Source of the DNA: Octopus sinensis
Taxonomy: Eukaryota
Reading direction: 5' to 3'
DNA: 64,000 bases
NCBI RefSeq assembly: GCF_006345805.1
Contig: NC_043004.1
Span: 28,024,001 to 28,088,000 of the forward strand
Under the pieces are notes generated by a model that was not told where the DNA came from, made no database searches, and saw nothing but the letters and a program-made list of their open reading frames with translations. This document shows, one piece after another, positions 15,321 through 27,268 of the stretch. The translations under genes and the position numbers were made by a program. Positions within the stretch are counted from its first letter, which is position 1. Each line of letters starts with the position of its first letter.

Positions 15321-15809
15321 AGTAGATAGTCCGAAGACTCTTAATGCATTTCAAGTATAACTGAAGAAATTACTTTTCGTCTTGGATATTATTTCAAACA
15401 AGGGCTAGTGTTCAGCGATTTGTAATGTCTATCCCATACTGGGTTTACACAACGAGCTAGGTTTTTTAAAAGTGTTTTAGTTTAGTCAGAACATGAGTCC
15501 TACGAAAGTAACTACACGGTCCCACGAAAGTAACTACAAAATATTTAAAAACAAACAAACAAACAAAAAGCATTAATGAAGACAAGCAAATGGTATGAAA
15601 TGGCAAAACAGAAAATCCCAAATACGAAACATGAAATTCCCAAACACAGCAAACAGCACATTTGGCAGCAACTTTAGTCAAGAACACTACACCTACATGT
15701 ACTTTCCCAAACGAATTTCAAGCGAACATTAACGAAACACTAGTATTTGCAAGTGTTCTTTTGATCAAGAAAAACTAAATACAGACCATTTTGTTGAAAG
15801 AAGTAACAA

Positions 15810-16607
15810 CTGGAAGAATTTTGCCCAGAAAATCCCAAACAAGGAAGACCACATCTGTAATTTTCAGCCTATAAAGCTGTTAAATGGAAATTTCAAAATT
15901 TTATCTAAAGAAGTTGGCGATAGTCGTCGATGGTCAAATGAGTGATACGCAAGCTTGAGCCGTCCTGTACAGGTCTATCTACAACCTTCACTTTCGGTCC
16001 CGTATTCCTCAGTTGGATTGCAGCAATGTAGAGCGACATTTGCTCAGTGCTGAGAATGCTTGGTCACATATTGGAAGCATCCTTCATCATGTACTCGGCC
16101 CGTCAAAGTTTTCCCTTCTCATTTCTTCTACTATATTTTTTAACAGTTGAGCCACCATTGCAGATACTAGAGTAGTTAAGGGGTATCTGCATAAGCTAGA
16201 ATAACGAAGTGATGTGACAGTATATGCTGACGACATCGCTGTCACAGTATCAGACACCAGAGAAAGCTATCTCTGGAAGTCTGACAGACCTTGTATCGAC
16301 TCTGCCATACATTGCCGCCTGATCGTCGTACCTTGCACCAGTTTCACGTCTGAGTAGCCTGAAATATTTGCTCTTCCACTTTCCATGCAAGGAACGCATT
16401 CTACTGGTCAGGAGGTATCATTTGCTATCAGCTGCTTCCTTTGCGAGAATCATCCTGTCGCCTTCCTTTGGGTGGGAAAGGCTGACAATGTTTACTTGTT
16501 TGGTGGCTTTAGCGAAAGTGATTGTATGGTAGACAGGGTGAAAGTACTGAAGAAAGACACTTTACTCATTCACTTGAAAAGGAAAGTGAAGGTGGAGTGG
16601 GAAACAG
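15810..16607 (+). pseudogene. Old, internally deleted L1/Tx1-type LINE ORF2 remnant (relative of 50495-53232)
   Basis: KIPNKEDHICNFQPIKLLNGNFKILSK near 15830, YADD at 16223-16234; cgcctgatcgtcgtaccttg and cacttgaaaaggaaagtga match the younger copy. Confidence 0.8.
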
Positions 16608-17870
16608 AAATAATGTATATTTAAAGCGGTTTGCTTGCCTGGAATGCTGAGTTCAAATCTAACCATGTGTATAGTTTCGAATGGGACGCTACCTTCCTCC
16701 ACTGCGTTGCTCTAGACGCGTTGAATGAATATGATTTTCTTTTTGCTCTACCTCAGTGCTCACGGAATCTTGTCTATTTTCCTCTTTTCATTTACGCATT
16801 TTATATATGAAGGAAACCGGGGATCTAACAGGAGTTGGAAATGATTTGGTGGAGAGGATGTTATTGATGTTGGCGCTGATAGAGGTTTGAACTATTAGAT
16901 TAAAATGTGGTAGTAATTTTTCAGGAATTACTTGTAATATTGATAGTGATTCCTTGATCGAGTACGATATCCGTCCGTTTTATTAGAAAAATGTCTGATA
17001 TATGCATGTCTGATGCACATGGCTGATACACATGTAGAATGAAAATATATTGTCTTCAGCTGATCAGCTCCCTTTTGAGCAGCCCGTAATCAGAGTCCAA
17101 GTTCTGACCCTCATCAACACACATCACCACGATTATTGATGTCTTTTATAAAGCTGATATTGTAGGGAATTATCTATTACTACTGGAGAAGCAACTGAAC
17201 TGAATGCTAATATTTACATTTTCAATGTGTTATAGCCTTGCAGTAATTATTCTCAGTTGACTTGACTGGAACATCTAAGGATTAATTGATTTGGCTACAG
17301 AAGAAATTACGTGTTACATGGTGTGAGAAATATCGGCAAGTAGATTAAAGATACAAAAGCAAGCGGTGAAGCAAAAGGGAAAAGCCATCGAGGTCTTGTT
17401 ACACAGCACTAATTTCTTGACTTATCATATTTAGTGTATTTATCATTCAATAGTAGTTGAATAATATTCTTAACGAAGCTTTTTTGTCGCAGTCGGCGTC
17501 TTCCAATCAATCTCACTAATTCAGTTTTAATTGAAATCAAATTTAGTTTTCTTTTATTATGTGTGACTAGTGTTAAGCTACATTTAGATATAAATACTTA
17601 AAATCTGGTGCTGTAGAACAAAAGTTGAGAGATAAAATGTATAGACCAAACTGGTCTGGCGGAAGGTAACGTCCGACATCGACAATGTGAATCCACACCA
17701 TTCTTTTAATTTTGATTACGAATTGTTATATTGATATTAATATGAAGGAGAAATGTTAAAGGAATATATTGGTAAAGGTTTCGTAAAATTTTATCTGTTA
17801 GAAAAAAGATATTTAATTTTAATTCTCAAATTTTTATCAATTTTTGCGTGATATTAAAGGGCATACTCAG

Positions 17871-19005
17871 GCATACCTAAAGATTTCTGCCCCCGCCCCT
17901 GAATTTGGATGATCATAACTTTCAGAAAAATGAATATTTTTTAATGAAATCTTCTACGAATATGTGTTATATCATATAGATTTCGAATATACAAAATTTT
18001 GGGGTTAAGTGCTTTAGGAGTGATGAGATGGGGAATTTCGGAAAATTCACTGGAGTCCTCTTCAATCAAGTTTTACTTTCAAGAAAATGGATACTTTTTA
18101 ATGAAATCCTCTACGAATATACTTCGGACTTTGTAGATTCCGAGGACATAGGAATTTTGAGGGGAAAACAATCGAGGGTTATTTTTGAGAACTGTTCCCC
18201 ACTTGGGGGTGTTTCGAAAAAGTCTTCCATATTTGTTTCTTTTTCTCCGTTTTGTGCATTTGTGCAATGCAGACAAACGAAGCCGTCACCAGAAAACTCG
18301 TTATGCTAAAAATAACAGCTATAGGTCTGGTACACAGAAATATGTTATTAAGAAAACTTATCTGTTGCATACGTTTTTTTTTCATTTGAAATAAATTCCT
18401 AGGTAAACGATTCTAAAAGAAAGGCAGTAGACACCAGAAGCAAAATTAAGGAATATTTTTCATACCCAGTTAAATATAGAAGTGTAAAGTATAATTTGTT
18501 ACATAATCTCTATAATAAGCATGATATTGAATGGAATAATTCCTCGTTTGAACTTGTTATTTACATATGTAAGTGCGTGTGTGTGTGCGCGCGCGCGCGT
18601 GTGTGTGGTAGAAATCTACGGATACACAAACGCGCAAAGAGGAGAAAATGAAACAAATATGGACGATTTGTTCAGAAACACCCCTTAGTGAAGAACAGTT
18701 CTCAAAAATAACCCCAAATCCCATGTCCTCGAAATCTACATAGTCCGAGGTATATTTACAGAGAATTGCATTAAGAAATATCCATTTTCTTGAACGTTAA
18801 GACGAATTGAAGAGGACTCCGGGGAATTTGTGAAACTTCTCACCCCACCCCATCCTAAAACACTTTCCCACCAAATGTTTTATATTCGGAATCTACATGA
18901 TATAACACATATTCGTAGAAAACTTCATTATAAAAATATTCATTTTTCTGAAAATAATGATCATCCAATTTCGGGTGGGGTGGGGGCAGAAATCTGTAGT
19001 TATGC
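17871..19005. mobile_element. Foldback-like non-autonomous DNA element with ~390-bp imperfect inverted arms
   Basis: Arms 17871-18265 and 18622-19005 are reverse complements along their length (e.g. gatttctgcccc..gaatttggatgatc vs gatcatccaatttc..ggggcagaaatc). Spacer about 355 bp; direct subrepeat within the arms. Confidence 0.8.
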
Positions 19006-19118
19006 ACACTACTCATATATGAACTATTCTTTTTCTTAAGCGTACACACAACAAAAGATAAAAGAAAACACAAATCGATACAAAGAGTTCTAATATTTAT
19101 CTTCATAAGTCTAAATTA

Positions 19119-20284
19119 TCTTTATATATATAAAACTGAGAATGTCTGTCTGTCTGTCTATGTGTTTCCCTAAAACTTGAGAACTACACAACCAATTTCA
19201 TTCAAATTTTACACATGCCTTACTTAGGGTCCGGGGAGTGTCATCGGCAAAAGATATTTTTAACTTTTTGCCTAGGGCGAGCCCATAGCAATATCGTATC
19301 TTCTCCACTACGATTCCCTAAAACTTGAGAACTACACAACCAATTCTATTCAAATTTTACACATGCCTTACTTAGGGTCCATGTAGTTTCCTGGGAAAAA
19401 GAAATGTTCAACCCATAGCAATATCATATCTTCTCCACTATTTCAGTATTACGTGTTAAAAGTGAAACAAAAACGTTTCTCTATTTTATGTCAGATATTT
19501 TCACTTTAACAGTAAAAATAATAATAACAATTGAATTATATGTAGTAAGTAATAATTAAAATCAAACTAAAGTATATTATAATCGTAACATAAAAAAAAG
19601 TAAAAATAGCAATTGGTATAAAATTGCATCAATGACTTGAACTTGAATAAGTGGTTTCACATGAATGGGAATAAATTAAAAATAAAATTAGAGTGCAGAA
19701 ATGGAATAGTCCAGATGGATAATAAAAAATTAAATTAAAGAAAAGACTATTGTCTATAAAGTATACAATGTAGAGAAAAAAGAAGATTTGAAAACATGGA
19801 GGAAAGCACCTTCGAAAAGTGTCTTGGTGCGACTATGAAAGGTATCTAATCAGAGGCGGTAAATTCGCCACAATAGAAGTAAGGTTCGAGTCAACGGAGC
19901 GTGCAAGGGAGTACTCGACTCGAACTTGCAAAGTGGAAATATTTTAATTTTACCTTTGTATCTGGGACGTAGGACGTCACGGAAAAAAATTCTAAATGCC
20001 CCCCCCCCCGCCAGAAGTAGAGGTAGGCTGGATTGTAGCCACACTTCTATACAAGAGGGAGGACAAGATACAATTGATCGAAATTACAAGTACGGGCTAA
20101 CAATTCCAGTCTGTTATATATTTTGAGTATTGTTATCACTAGCGATATCAAGATATAACTTTGTATTTTGTATTTTATGTGTAGATGTATATATATGAAT
20201 GTACATGTAATATGTACACATATATATACACATATATACATGCACTAGCACTATAACTCGGCAACGACGGGTCTTTAATGCAAG
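19119..20284 (+). mobile_element. Non-autonomous Helitron
   Basis: A|TC 5' end (tctttatatatataaaa) followed by (GTCT)n. 3' hairpin ctcggcaacgacggg at 20257-20271, then CAAG|T (decayed CTAG). Internal 148-bp-period duplication starting 19168 and 19316. Confidence 0.75.
19795..20110 (+). pseudogene. LINE ORF1-like (RRM-like) fragment inside the Helitron
   Basis: GC-richer island; with frameshifts it reads RGGKFATIEVRFESTERAREYST-LQSGNILILPLYLGRRTSRKKILNA-PPEVEVGWIVATLL, resembling Tx1-type ORF1 RRMs (pattern recognition only). Confidence 0.45.
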
Positions 20285-20393
20285 TTTTTTTATAAAAAAC
20301 AAAATTTTCTGCTCAATTTTTTGGAGTATGAGTTTTTAAAGTCCATTTAAGAAACACACAAAAACCGTTAGATTCACTTCAACATTTAAATTT

Positions 20394-20450
20394 AATTTGC
20401 CCAAAATATTTTCGCCGCTTTGAGACTGCGACCTGTTCACTGACAAAATT
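20394..20450 (-). ncRNA. Minimal type-I hammerhead-like motif with variant core GUGAACA
   Basis: Minus strand: aattttgtca GTGAACA g GTCGC agtctcaaa GCGGC GAAA atat T T tgggcaaatt. Stems I and II pair; stem III is palindromic AATATT. Confidence 0.5.
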
Positions 20451-21210
20451 CCGTGCTGCAATTGCTTTCGTTCCAGCACACGATCTCAGATCAGGTCACT
20501 TGCTATGCAAGTAAGTCCATATTTGAATAAATTATTTTAATAACACGATTATTTAATAGAATTATTTTTTATTATTTTGTCTCTATAATTAGTACTGAAT
20601 CATGTAGTAGGGTTGTTCAGAAAAGTCATATGACAAAAATTCAAATATTTTAGCAGTCAATTTTCACTATTTTTAAATTTTTAAACGTGGGGATAATTAT
20701 TTGCATGCTAATGACTTTATTTACAATTTATTTATTAATTTTGTAGTAAATAGAATATCATTATTTGTGGCTTTGGCTCTATGAGCAGTAATGAAGTCTG
20801 TAGTAAGGCCCTTCAGGAAAGACAAATGCTACTTGTAATTATATTCTATTCAATATTAATTTAATTTAATTTATTTAAAATAAAGTTATTTTATTAAATC
20901 TGTATCCTCATTTTTTCCCATTATTTTTAAAATTCTTTAAATATATTCATTTGTAACTTTGTCTCTATACAGTACCGAAATTATAGTATGTATATTATAT
21001 CCAGAAAAGGCAAAGTTGCAATGATTATCATTCATTTTAAATTTAATTTCTTAATAAGAATTAGTCAAATGAAAAAAATCAAACTATTGTTTGAATTTTC
21101 TTGGAATATTTTTGAATTTAAAATGACTGCAAAAAAAAAAAACGGTATGTTTATATATTTTTAATTAAAATTTAGCTATTACTGTAATGCCTGTAAAAAC
21201 ACTGGACTAG

Positions 21211-21559
21211 CCAATGAAAAATGCGGACGCATACAAACAATATTCTTAACAATTAAACCTGGATATGTAGAGGACAAGAAAAACACTCATTAAAATTAGA
21301 GCTTAAAATATTGCCGCTAAAATTAAAATTTAATTTTTTTCTATTAATTCATTTAGTACAAAAAATAAAATCAAAATAAAAAAGGAAAAATGAAATTAAT
21401 TCAATTTTTAAAAAAAGGAAAAAGTACCTAAGAGGAACTTTTTAACTTTAAATTTAGCAGCAATATTTTAAGCTGTAATTTTAATGAGTTTTTTCTTGTC
21501 CTCTACTTTTCCAGGTTTAATTAAGAATATTGTTAGTATGCGTTCGCATTTTTCATTGG
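21211..21559. mobile_element. MITE-like inverted repeat
   Basis: Arms 21211-21333 and 21441-21559 are near reverse complements (ccaatgaaaaatgcggacgcatac... / ...gtatgcgttcgcatttttcattgg); AT-rich spacer; no TSD identified. Confidence 0.7.
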
Positions 21560-22068
21560 ATAATAAATATGGGTGAACAATATAGTCATTACCTAATATT
21601 TTACTTGGGTCACGTGACAAGAAATTGTCTAAATCTATACGGGGATGTCCCTTCATAAAGTAACGTTTATTTCTTCGGTTTCATCGCCGATGTTTCTATT
21701 GTATATAATGCAATCGCACACATAACAAGCATGCGCAGACAAACTTATACGCATATGTATATAAAGGTGTGTATTTGTGTGTGTGTATGTGTGTGTGTGT
21801 GTGTGTATTTATGTCGGTATTCTTTGCTGATTTTTATTGCACATGTTCCGCCACCTAAACCCCGCTCACAACGTACTTCTCGTGGAAGGCTTTTGTAGAA
21901 AATACTGCCCAATGTGTAGCATAATGGGATTGAATTCAAAATGAAGTGGTTGTGTAGTGTCCTCGGTGACCACGCATCTATATATGTAGCATCGAATATA
22001 TTGGTTTTTTTAAAACTACTTCACTGGCTAATTGCGATACCAGCGCTTATCCTAGCGCTGTTATTCTA

Positions 22069-23338
22069 GTAGGTTGTTCCGAAAATAATGGCCGATTTCA
22101 GAAGCATAATTCTATTCTGGAAAAATTAACTATAGAAATGTTTTGATTAGTCAAAGAATGAACCGTCAGCATTTATGCATCTCTGCCACCGATGAGCGAA
22201 ATTATTTGTACCTCGTTGATAAAAAACTTATTGGCTTTGATGCCAAGAAATCTTTGAAAGCTGATTCCACCGCTGGTTTGGATTTGAAAGTTTTATCACT
22301 TAAAAACGTGTTTAAATGCTTAAAAATGGTAGTCATTGGATGAAAGATCAGAAGAATATGGAGTATGTGGTAAAGTCTCGTATCCCAAGTTTGTGAGTTT
22401 CTGCAGCATCATTCTTCCAACATGTGTCTTTGCATTATCGTGGGGCAGAATTGGGTCACGCCTATTCACCAATGCAGGCTTCATATTTTGCAAGTGAGCA
22501 TACATTTCAGCGAGTGGATTGCAATAAATCTTTACTGTAATGCTCTTATGGGTTGCAGAAAGCTGTAATGGACAACAACAATTGCAGACCACCAGACAGT
22601 CACCTTAATCTTTTAGTGATGCAACTTTGGTTTTGGGCAACGTTTGGAGGACTCATCATGATCAAGTCATTGACCTGATCGTTTACGGTTATCATAAAGG
22701 ATCCACTTTTCATCAAAAGCTACTATTCGGTCAAGAAAAGGATCATTAGTGTTTCGCAGAAAGAACCTTGAGCACATTTCAGAACGCCGAATTTTTGATT
22801 TTCATTGAGCTCATGCGGCACCCATTTATTGAGCTTTTTCACATTTCCAATCTTCTGAAGATTGCGTAAGACAGTTGCAATACCGACACCAAGTGCTGGA
22901 GACATTTCTCTGACACCTTGACGTTGTTAACAATTACTTTCAATTGTTCATTGTCAAGATTGCATGGCGATCTCTACCTTCTCCATCTTCAAGGCTCTCA
23001 TCACCACTACGGAATTTCTGAAAACACCTTCGCACTATGCAATCACTTGTGGACCTCTCTCCCTATATTCGGTTGATACTAGCAGCAGTTTGGGAGGCAT
23101 TGTGCCTAAGCTTGAACTCAAGGTAAGTAAGCGAAGGTCCATTTTTGTCATGTTCATAATTAAGGGCGCCTATGCTTCAAGAATGTTTACAGTCTGAAAT
23201 AAGTAGAAAATTATTTAAGAACATACATCAATTATTAAGTATGTCGAAATTCAACTAAAATACAATTAAAACACTATGATAAAATTGCGTTTCATAACAC
23301 AACATTTAGAGGGGGCCATTATTTTCGGAACAACCTAA
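22069..23338 (-). mobile_element. Full-length decayed mariner, cecropia/Hsmar1-like
   Basis: 25-bp TIRs (g/t)taggttgttccgaaaataatggcc with TA flanks at 22067-68 and 23339-40. Minus-strand motifs KFRSGDESLED, KWVPHEL, HDNA and YSSDLSSNDYHF; start near 23151. Confidence 0.93.
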
Positions 23339-23793
23339 TATATATCGCTGGTGGGGAGGTGAGTCGCTGCTATCTCTAGCGGTCGAGCGTCCATCATTGA
23401 CCATACGAAGGAAGGTTGAAATTACTTGATCTAATGGTCTCAGCGATTTATCTCCTCGCTAGCGATGAGCAGATTTTGCACCAAAACACAATATGCGAGT
23501 TACTCTATACAGCAGTATAGTTTGTTCCAATAGAACATCCACGTTTAAGTACGGATAAATATTACCTCCTAGTATTAAAACTGCCCCTGTCACTATTGAA
23601 TATATTAAATTTTTTCCAAAAGGTATAAAGAATTGATAATGAGGGTAGCGATAGAAGTAATATTTATGTTTTAGTATTGCTAGTATTAATGAAATAGCTG
23701 TAATTGACTATATTTTGTTAGGAAATAAAGTCGTGATGTCAGTTTGTCTGAATCATAATTCTCAGCGAAGCTCTTCAAAACCATTACAAAATA

Positions 23794-24633
23794 TTGGGTC
23801 ATCCCATAAATAATGCGGTTTTTTTCAGTTGCATGAACTAAAAGTAGGAGGGGACGGGATAAACTACCCGCATCAACTTGCTATAAAAACAGGTGGTAAT
23901 TTGAAGTTGTCCTTATTCTTAGTGTAAGTTTTGAAGAGTGCAGTTCGATTTTAACAGTTATTTTTTCAAAGCGATTATGGAAGTGACAAAGGAGCATATT
24001 CGACATATTTTGCTTTATAAATTCAATAGAAGCAACAACGCAACGAAAAGTGCGAGGGATATTATGAAGATCGGATAATAAGCGTAAGCCAGTGTCAACG
24101 GTGATTCCAGAAATTCCTAGCCGGAAACTAGAGAGTAGAAGACGGACCTCGTCCTGGAAGATCTGTAGAGCCCGACTAGGACGTCCTGCAAACCCTGGTG
24201 GAATAAAATCCCATCGTAACCGTTGAGGAACTGGCAGAGAAGCTTGGATTTGGTCATTCAACCAGTCATTCAAGCCAGCGGTAGAAGAAAAACGACCAGC
24301 TATGATTTGAAGACGAAAGATGTTCTTCCCTCAGGATCATGCTCAGCCACATACAGATAGAATTACATTCTTAAGTCTGGAGCAGTTTGAATGGGAAACG
24401 ATGCCTCACTTACCATATTCGCCGGACATTGCCCCGTCTGATTATCATTTATTCCGCAGTCTTCAAAATCATTTGGAGGGAAAAAAATATGAATTCGGTA
24501 GGTGAGGTCAGAACAGTGCTGGTTGAGTATTTTTTTGTCACAGACAAGTGAATTTTGGAAGAGAAGCCTTGCAAGTCTGCTAGATAGATGGGAGATCATT
24601 GTAGAAAACGATGGAGAGTATATTTTACATTAA
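23794..24633 (+). mobile_element. Mariner (mellifera/mauritiana-like), internally deleted, right TIR missing
   Basis: TA + ttgggtcatcccataaataatgcgg left TIR; ATG at 23977 MEVTKEHIRHILL; jumps from LGFGHST to KPAVEEKRP; PYSPDIAPSDYHLFRSLQNHL; stop at 24633. Confidence 0.88.
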
Positions 24634-25016
24634 AAAAACAGAAACTTTAGCAGCAGCCAGTTCCTCTTTTTCTTCCTTTCTTAGACTGATCCCTTAACTA
24701 ACCAGTCGCAAATTCTGTTTCTCCGTTCTCTATCATTCAAAACATTTTCTAAGTGTTACCTACTATTCTCGTCTTCTTGGCCCCAACGCTTTATTTTGTT
24801 CGATTGTTTATCCTCATCCACCGTCCTAGATCACACTCTGTGTCGTTTTGCATGTTTTGTTTCGTTTTGTTTGCTCTTGTTCCTAATTCTAGACATGAAA
24901 ACTTTCGATAAAGGTACGAAATTGAATAATACCATTGGTCGATAACTGGTGAAGAATTATGGACTTTCTGTTTGTCCCCCGTTTGCTTTTACATTCAGTA
25001 TACGTTATGTCGTTTG

Positions 25017-25051
<35 letters not shown>

Positions 25052-25081
25052 ATGTATGTGTGTGTGTGTGTGCATGTATAT

Positions 25082-25135
<54 letters not shown>

Positions 25136-25216
25136 ATATATATACACGCACACACACATATATATATGAAAAAAAAAAGTTAAGAAAGAAAATGCTAAAA
25201 TAATTTTATAAAGAAC

Positions 25217-25261
25217 ATTTCAGTACCGGTTTCAGTCATTTGAGACCTTTTCAACTGTAAC
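25217..25261 (-). ncRNA. Minimal type-I hammerhead-like motif with variant core UUGAAAA
   Basis: Minus strand: gttacag TTGAAAA GGTC tcaaat GACT GAAA ccgg T A ctgaaat. Stem III is palindromic ACCGGT; GUA cleavage triplet. Confidence 0.55.
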
Positions 25262-26365
25262 AATTAAATAATTAAATTTAGAAAAATTAAAAGAAAAGTT
25301 TTTTTAAAAGAATATTTGTATAGTGTTGTTTCTGCCTTTCTCTGTCTCCCTTGTTTACACTTATTTACACACATAAATATAAATATATATATATATATAT
25401 GTAGATAGATAGATAGATAGATAGATAAATATATATATATATATATATACATGTATTCAATAAAATTACCATTGGCTTCAGCCACGGCCTGCAGACGAAT
25501 TCAGAATCTCTTGCAACTCTTCTGGTCGTTTTCCTTGTTTTAGTTGGTGAATGCTGACATAATCCTGGCCTTCAGTTCATATATATATATATATATGTAT
25601 ACAAACATACATATGTACGTATATATATATATATATACATATGTCAGCATATCTACCAACATATACAAATGCAAACGATTATATCTGTTTTAATGTATGC
25701 ATGAACTATTTCCCCCCATAAATCCATCTGTAAAAACTTTATAACAGGAGACCAAATATTTGTTGAGTTGTTTATTGATAATCAATGTACGGTTTACGGT
25801 GTTTAGTGGCAGTATGTAATGTCAACGGCTTCGTTATTTCTCTCAACACAAACATCTAAACAATCATATTATAGAAAAGCAAACGCTGCAACAGCTTTCG
25901 TGTAGTTTCTTTAGCCATCTCCTTCATATTCTCATTCTCTCTGTCCCCCTCTCTCTGATTCTCTCTCTCTCTCTCTCTCTCATTCAATCTCTCTGTCTCT
26001 ATCACATTCAATCTCTCTGTCTCTCTCTCTCTCACTCTTTCTGTCATTTTTCCTCTCTTTCTTTTACTTCACCCGTTCTTTCCACCTCGGTCAATGGTTC
26101 TCATTTCTCAAACCCCCAACACAAACTCAAATAAAGACGTAAATACATAAATACTCTGCAACACAAGTAAGTGCAACACCTGAATCAGTACAAATCCGCT
26201 TAAACACACACACACACACGAATACGTTTGTGATTAGGTGCATCAGTAGTTTGTGTTGTTTGTGGATGTGAATAATTATGAGTACACACATACGTACACG
26301 CAAATACAGATAATGCAGGTGTGTGTGTGTGTGCGTGTGTGTGTGTGTGCGCGTGTGTGTGTTTC

Positions 26366-26524
26366 CAGGCTTGGGTTGGCTGTGTATTTAGCAAGTTCGC
26401 TTTGTAGCCACGCGATTTGGAGGTAATTTGGAAAATTGTTTATTACTATAGCCCAGGGCAACGAATGCTTGTGAGTGAATTTGGTAGACAGAAACTTCCT
26501 GAAAGCTCGTCAGACACATACTCA

Positions 26525-26621
<97 letters not shown>

Positions 26622-26890
26622 TGTATGTATGTATATGTGTGTATGTGTGCGTGTGTGCGTGTGTGTATAAATGTATATGTATGTCTTTTTTGCTTTTTTC
26701 TTTTTTCCACCACCGCTTGAAAACTGGTGTTTGCCTGTGTACGACCAACAGATTAACGGCAAAAGTCACCGATAAAATAATACCAGGCTTAAAATCCTAA
26801 GTACTGGGGTCAACTTGTTCGGCTAAATTCAAGGCGGTGCCCTTGTATGGCCGTTGTCCAATGACTGAAACAAGTTACAGATAAGAGATA
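26366..26890 (+). mobile_element. Degenerate CORE-type SINE expanded by an internal microsatellite
   Basis: Head/CORE remnants at 26366-26515; 3' half ...caaggcggtgccc...caatgactgaaacaag ends near 26890. Confidence 0.7.
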
Positions 26891-26919
26891 TCCTTGTGTG
26901 TTTGTGTGTTTCTGAGTGT

Positions 26920-26971
<52 letters not shown>

Positions 26972-27082
26972 ACAGATATTGTTATATTTCGGAATGGTCA
27001 TATTGCCAGTTTAGCTACTATATATTTGGTGTTATTTTGCTTCAGTGTTATTTATTTTTTACATTAATCTTAATCTTATTTC

Positions 27083-27127
27083 GGCCAGAGTTCTTTCGTC
27101 ACACTCCTGTGACCGCATCAGTGGTCC
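27083..27127 (-). ncRNA. Hammerhead-like motif (left palindrome arm)
   Basis: Exact reverse complement of 27224-27268. Confidence 0.55.
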
Positions 27128-27223
27128 TTTGTTTTCTTCTTTCTTATTTGTGGACATACAATAGAAATAAAAAATGGCTGACGGTTAGTAAAGAGAGACA
27201 CAAATAAGAAAGAAGAAAACAAA

Positions 27224-27268
27224 GGACCACTGATGCGGTCACAGGAGTGTGACGAAAGAACTCTGGCC
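27224..27268 (+). ncRNA. Hammerhead-like motif (right palindrome arm), core CUGAUGC
   Basis: ggacca CTGATGC g GTCAC aggagt GTGAC GAAA gaac T C tggcc. Perfect 5-bp stem II; A9 replaced by C. Confidence 0.55.

Noticed and set aside
14721-15354. Poly-Asp, poly-Ser, poly-Met and His/Arg ORFs
   Set aside because: All frames are open because the sequence is a (CAT/CGT)n array; no splice or flanking coding evidence.
15497-15538. 20-bp direct repeat gtcc(t/c)acgaaagtaactaca as CRISPR-like
   Set aside because: Only two copies 2 bp apart, no spacers, eukaryotic context; a local duplication.
15985-16020. Minus-strand ctgagga...gaaa
   Set aside because: Lies inside LINE RT-derived sequence and stem II does not pair; chance match.
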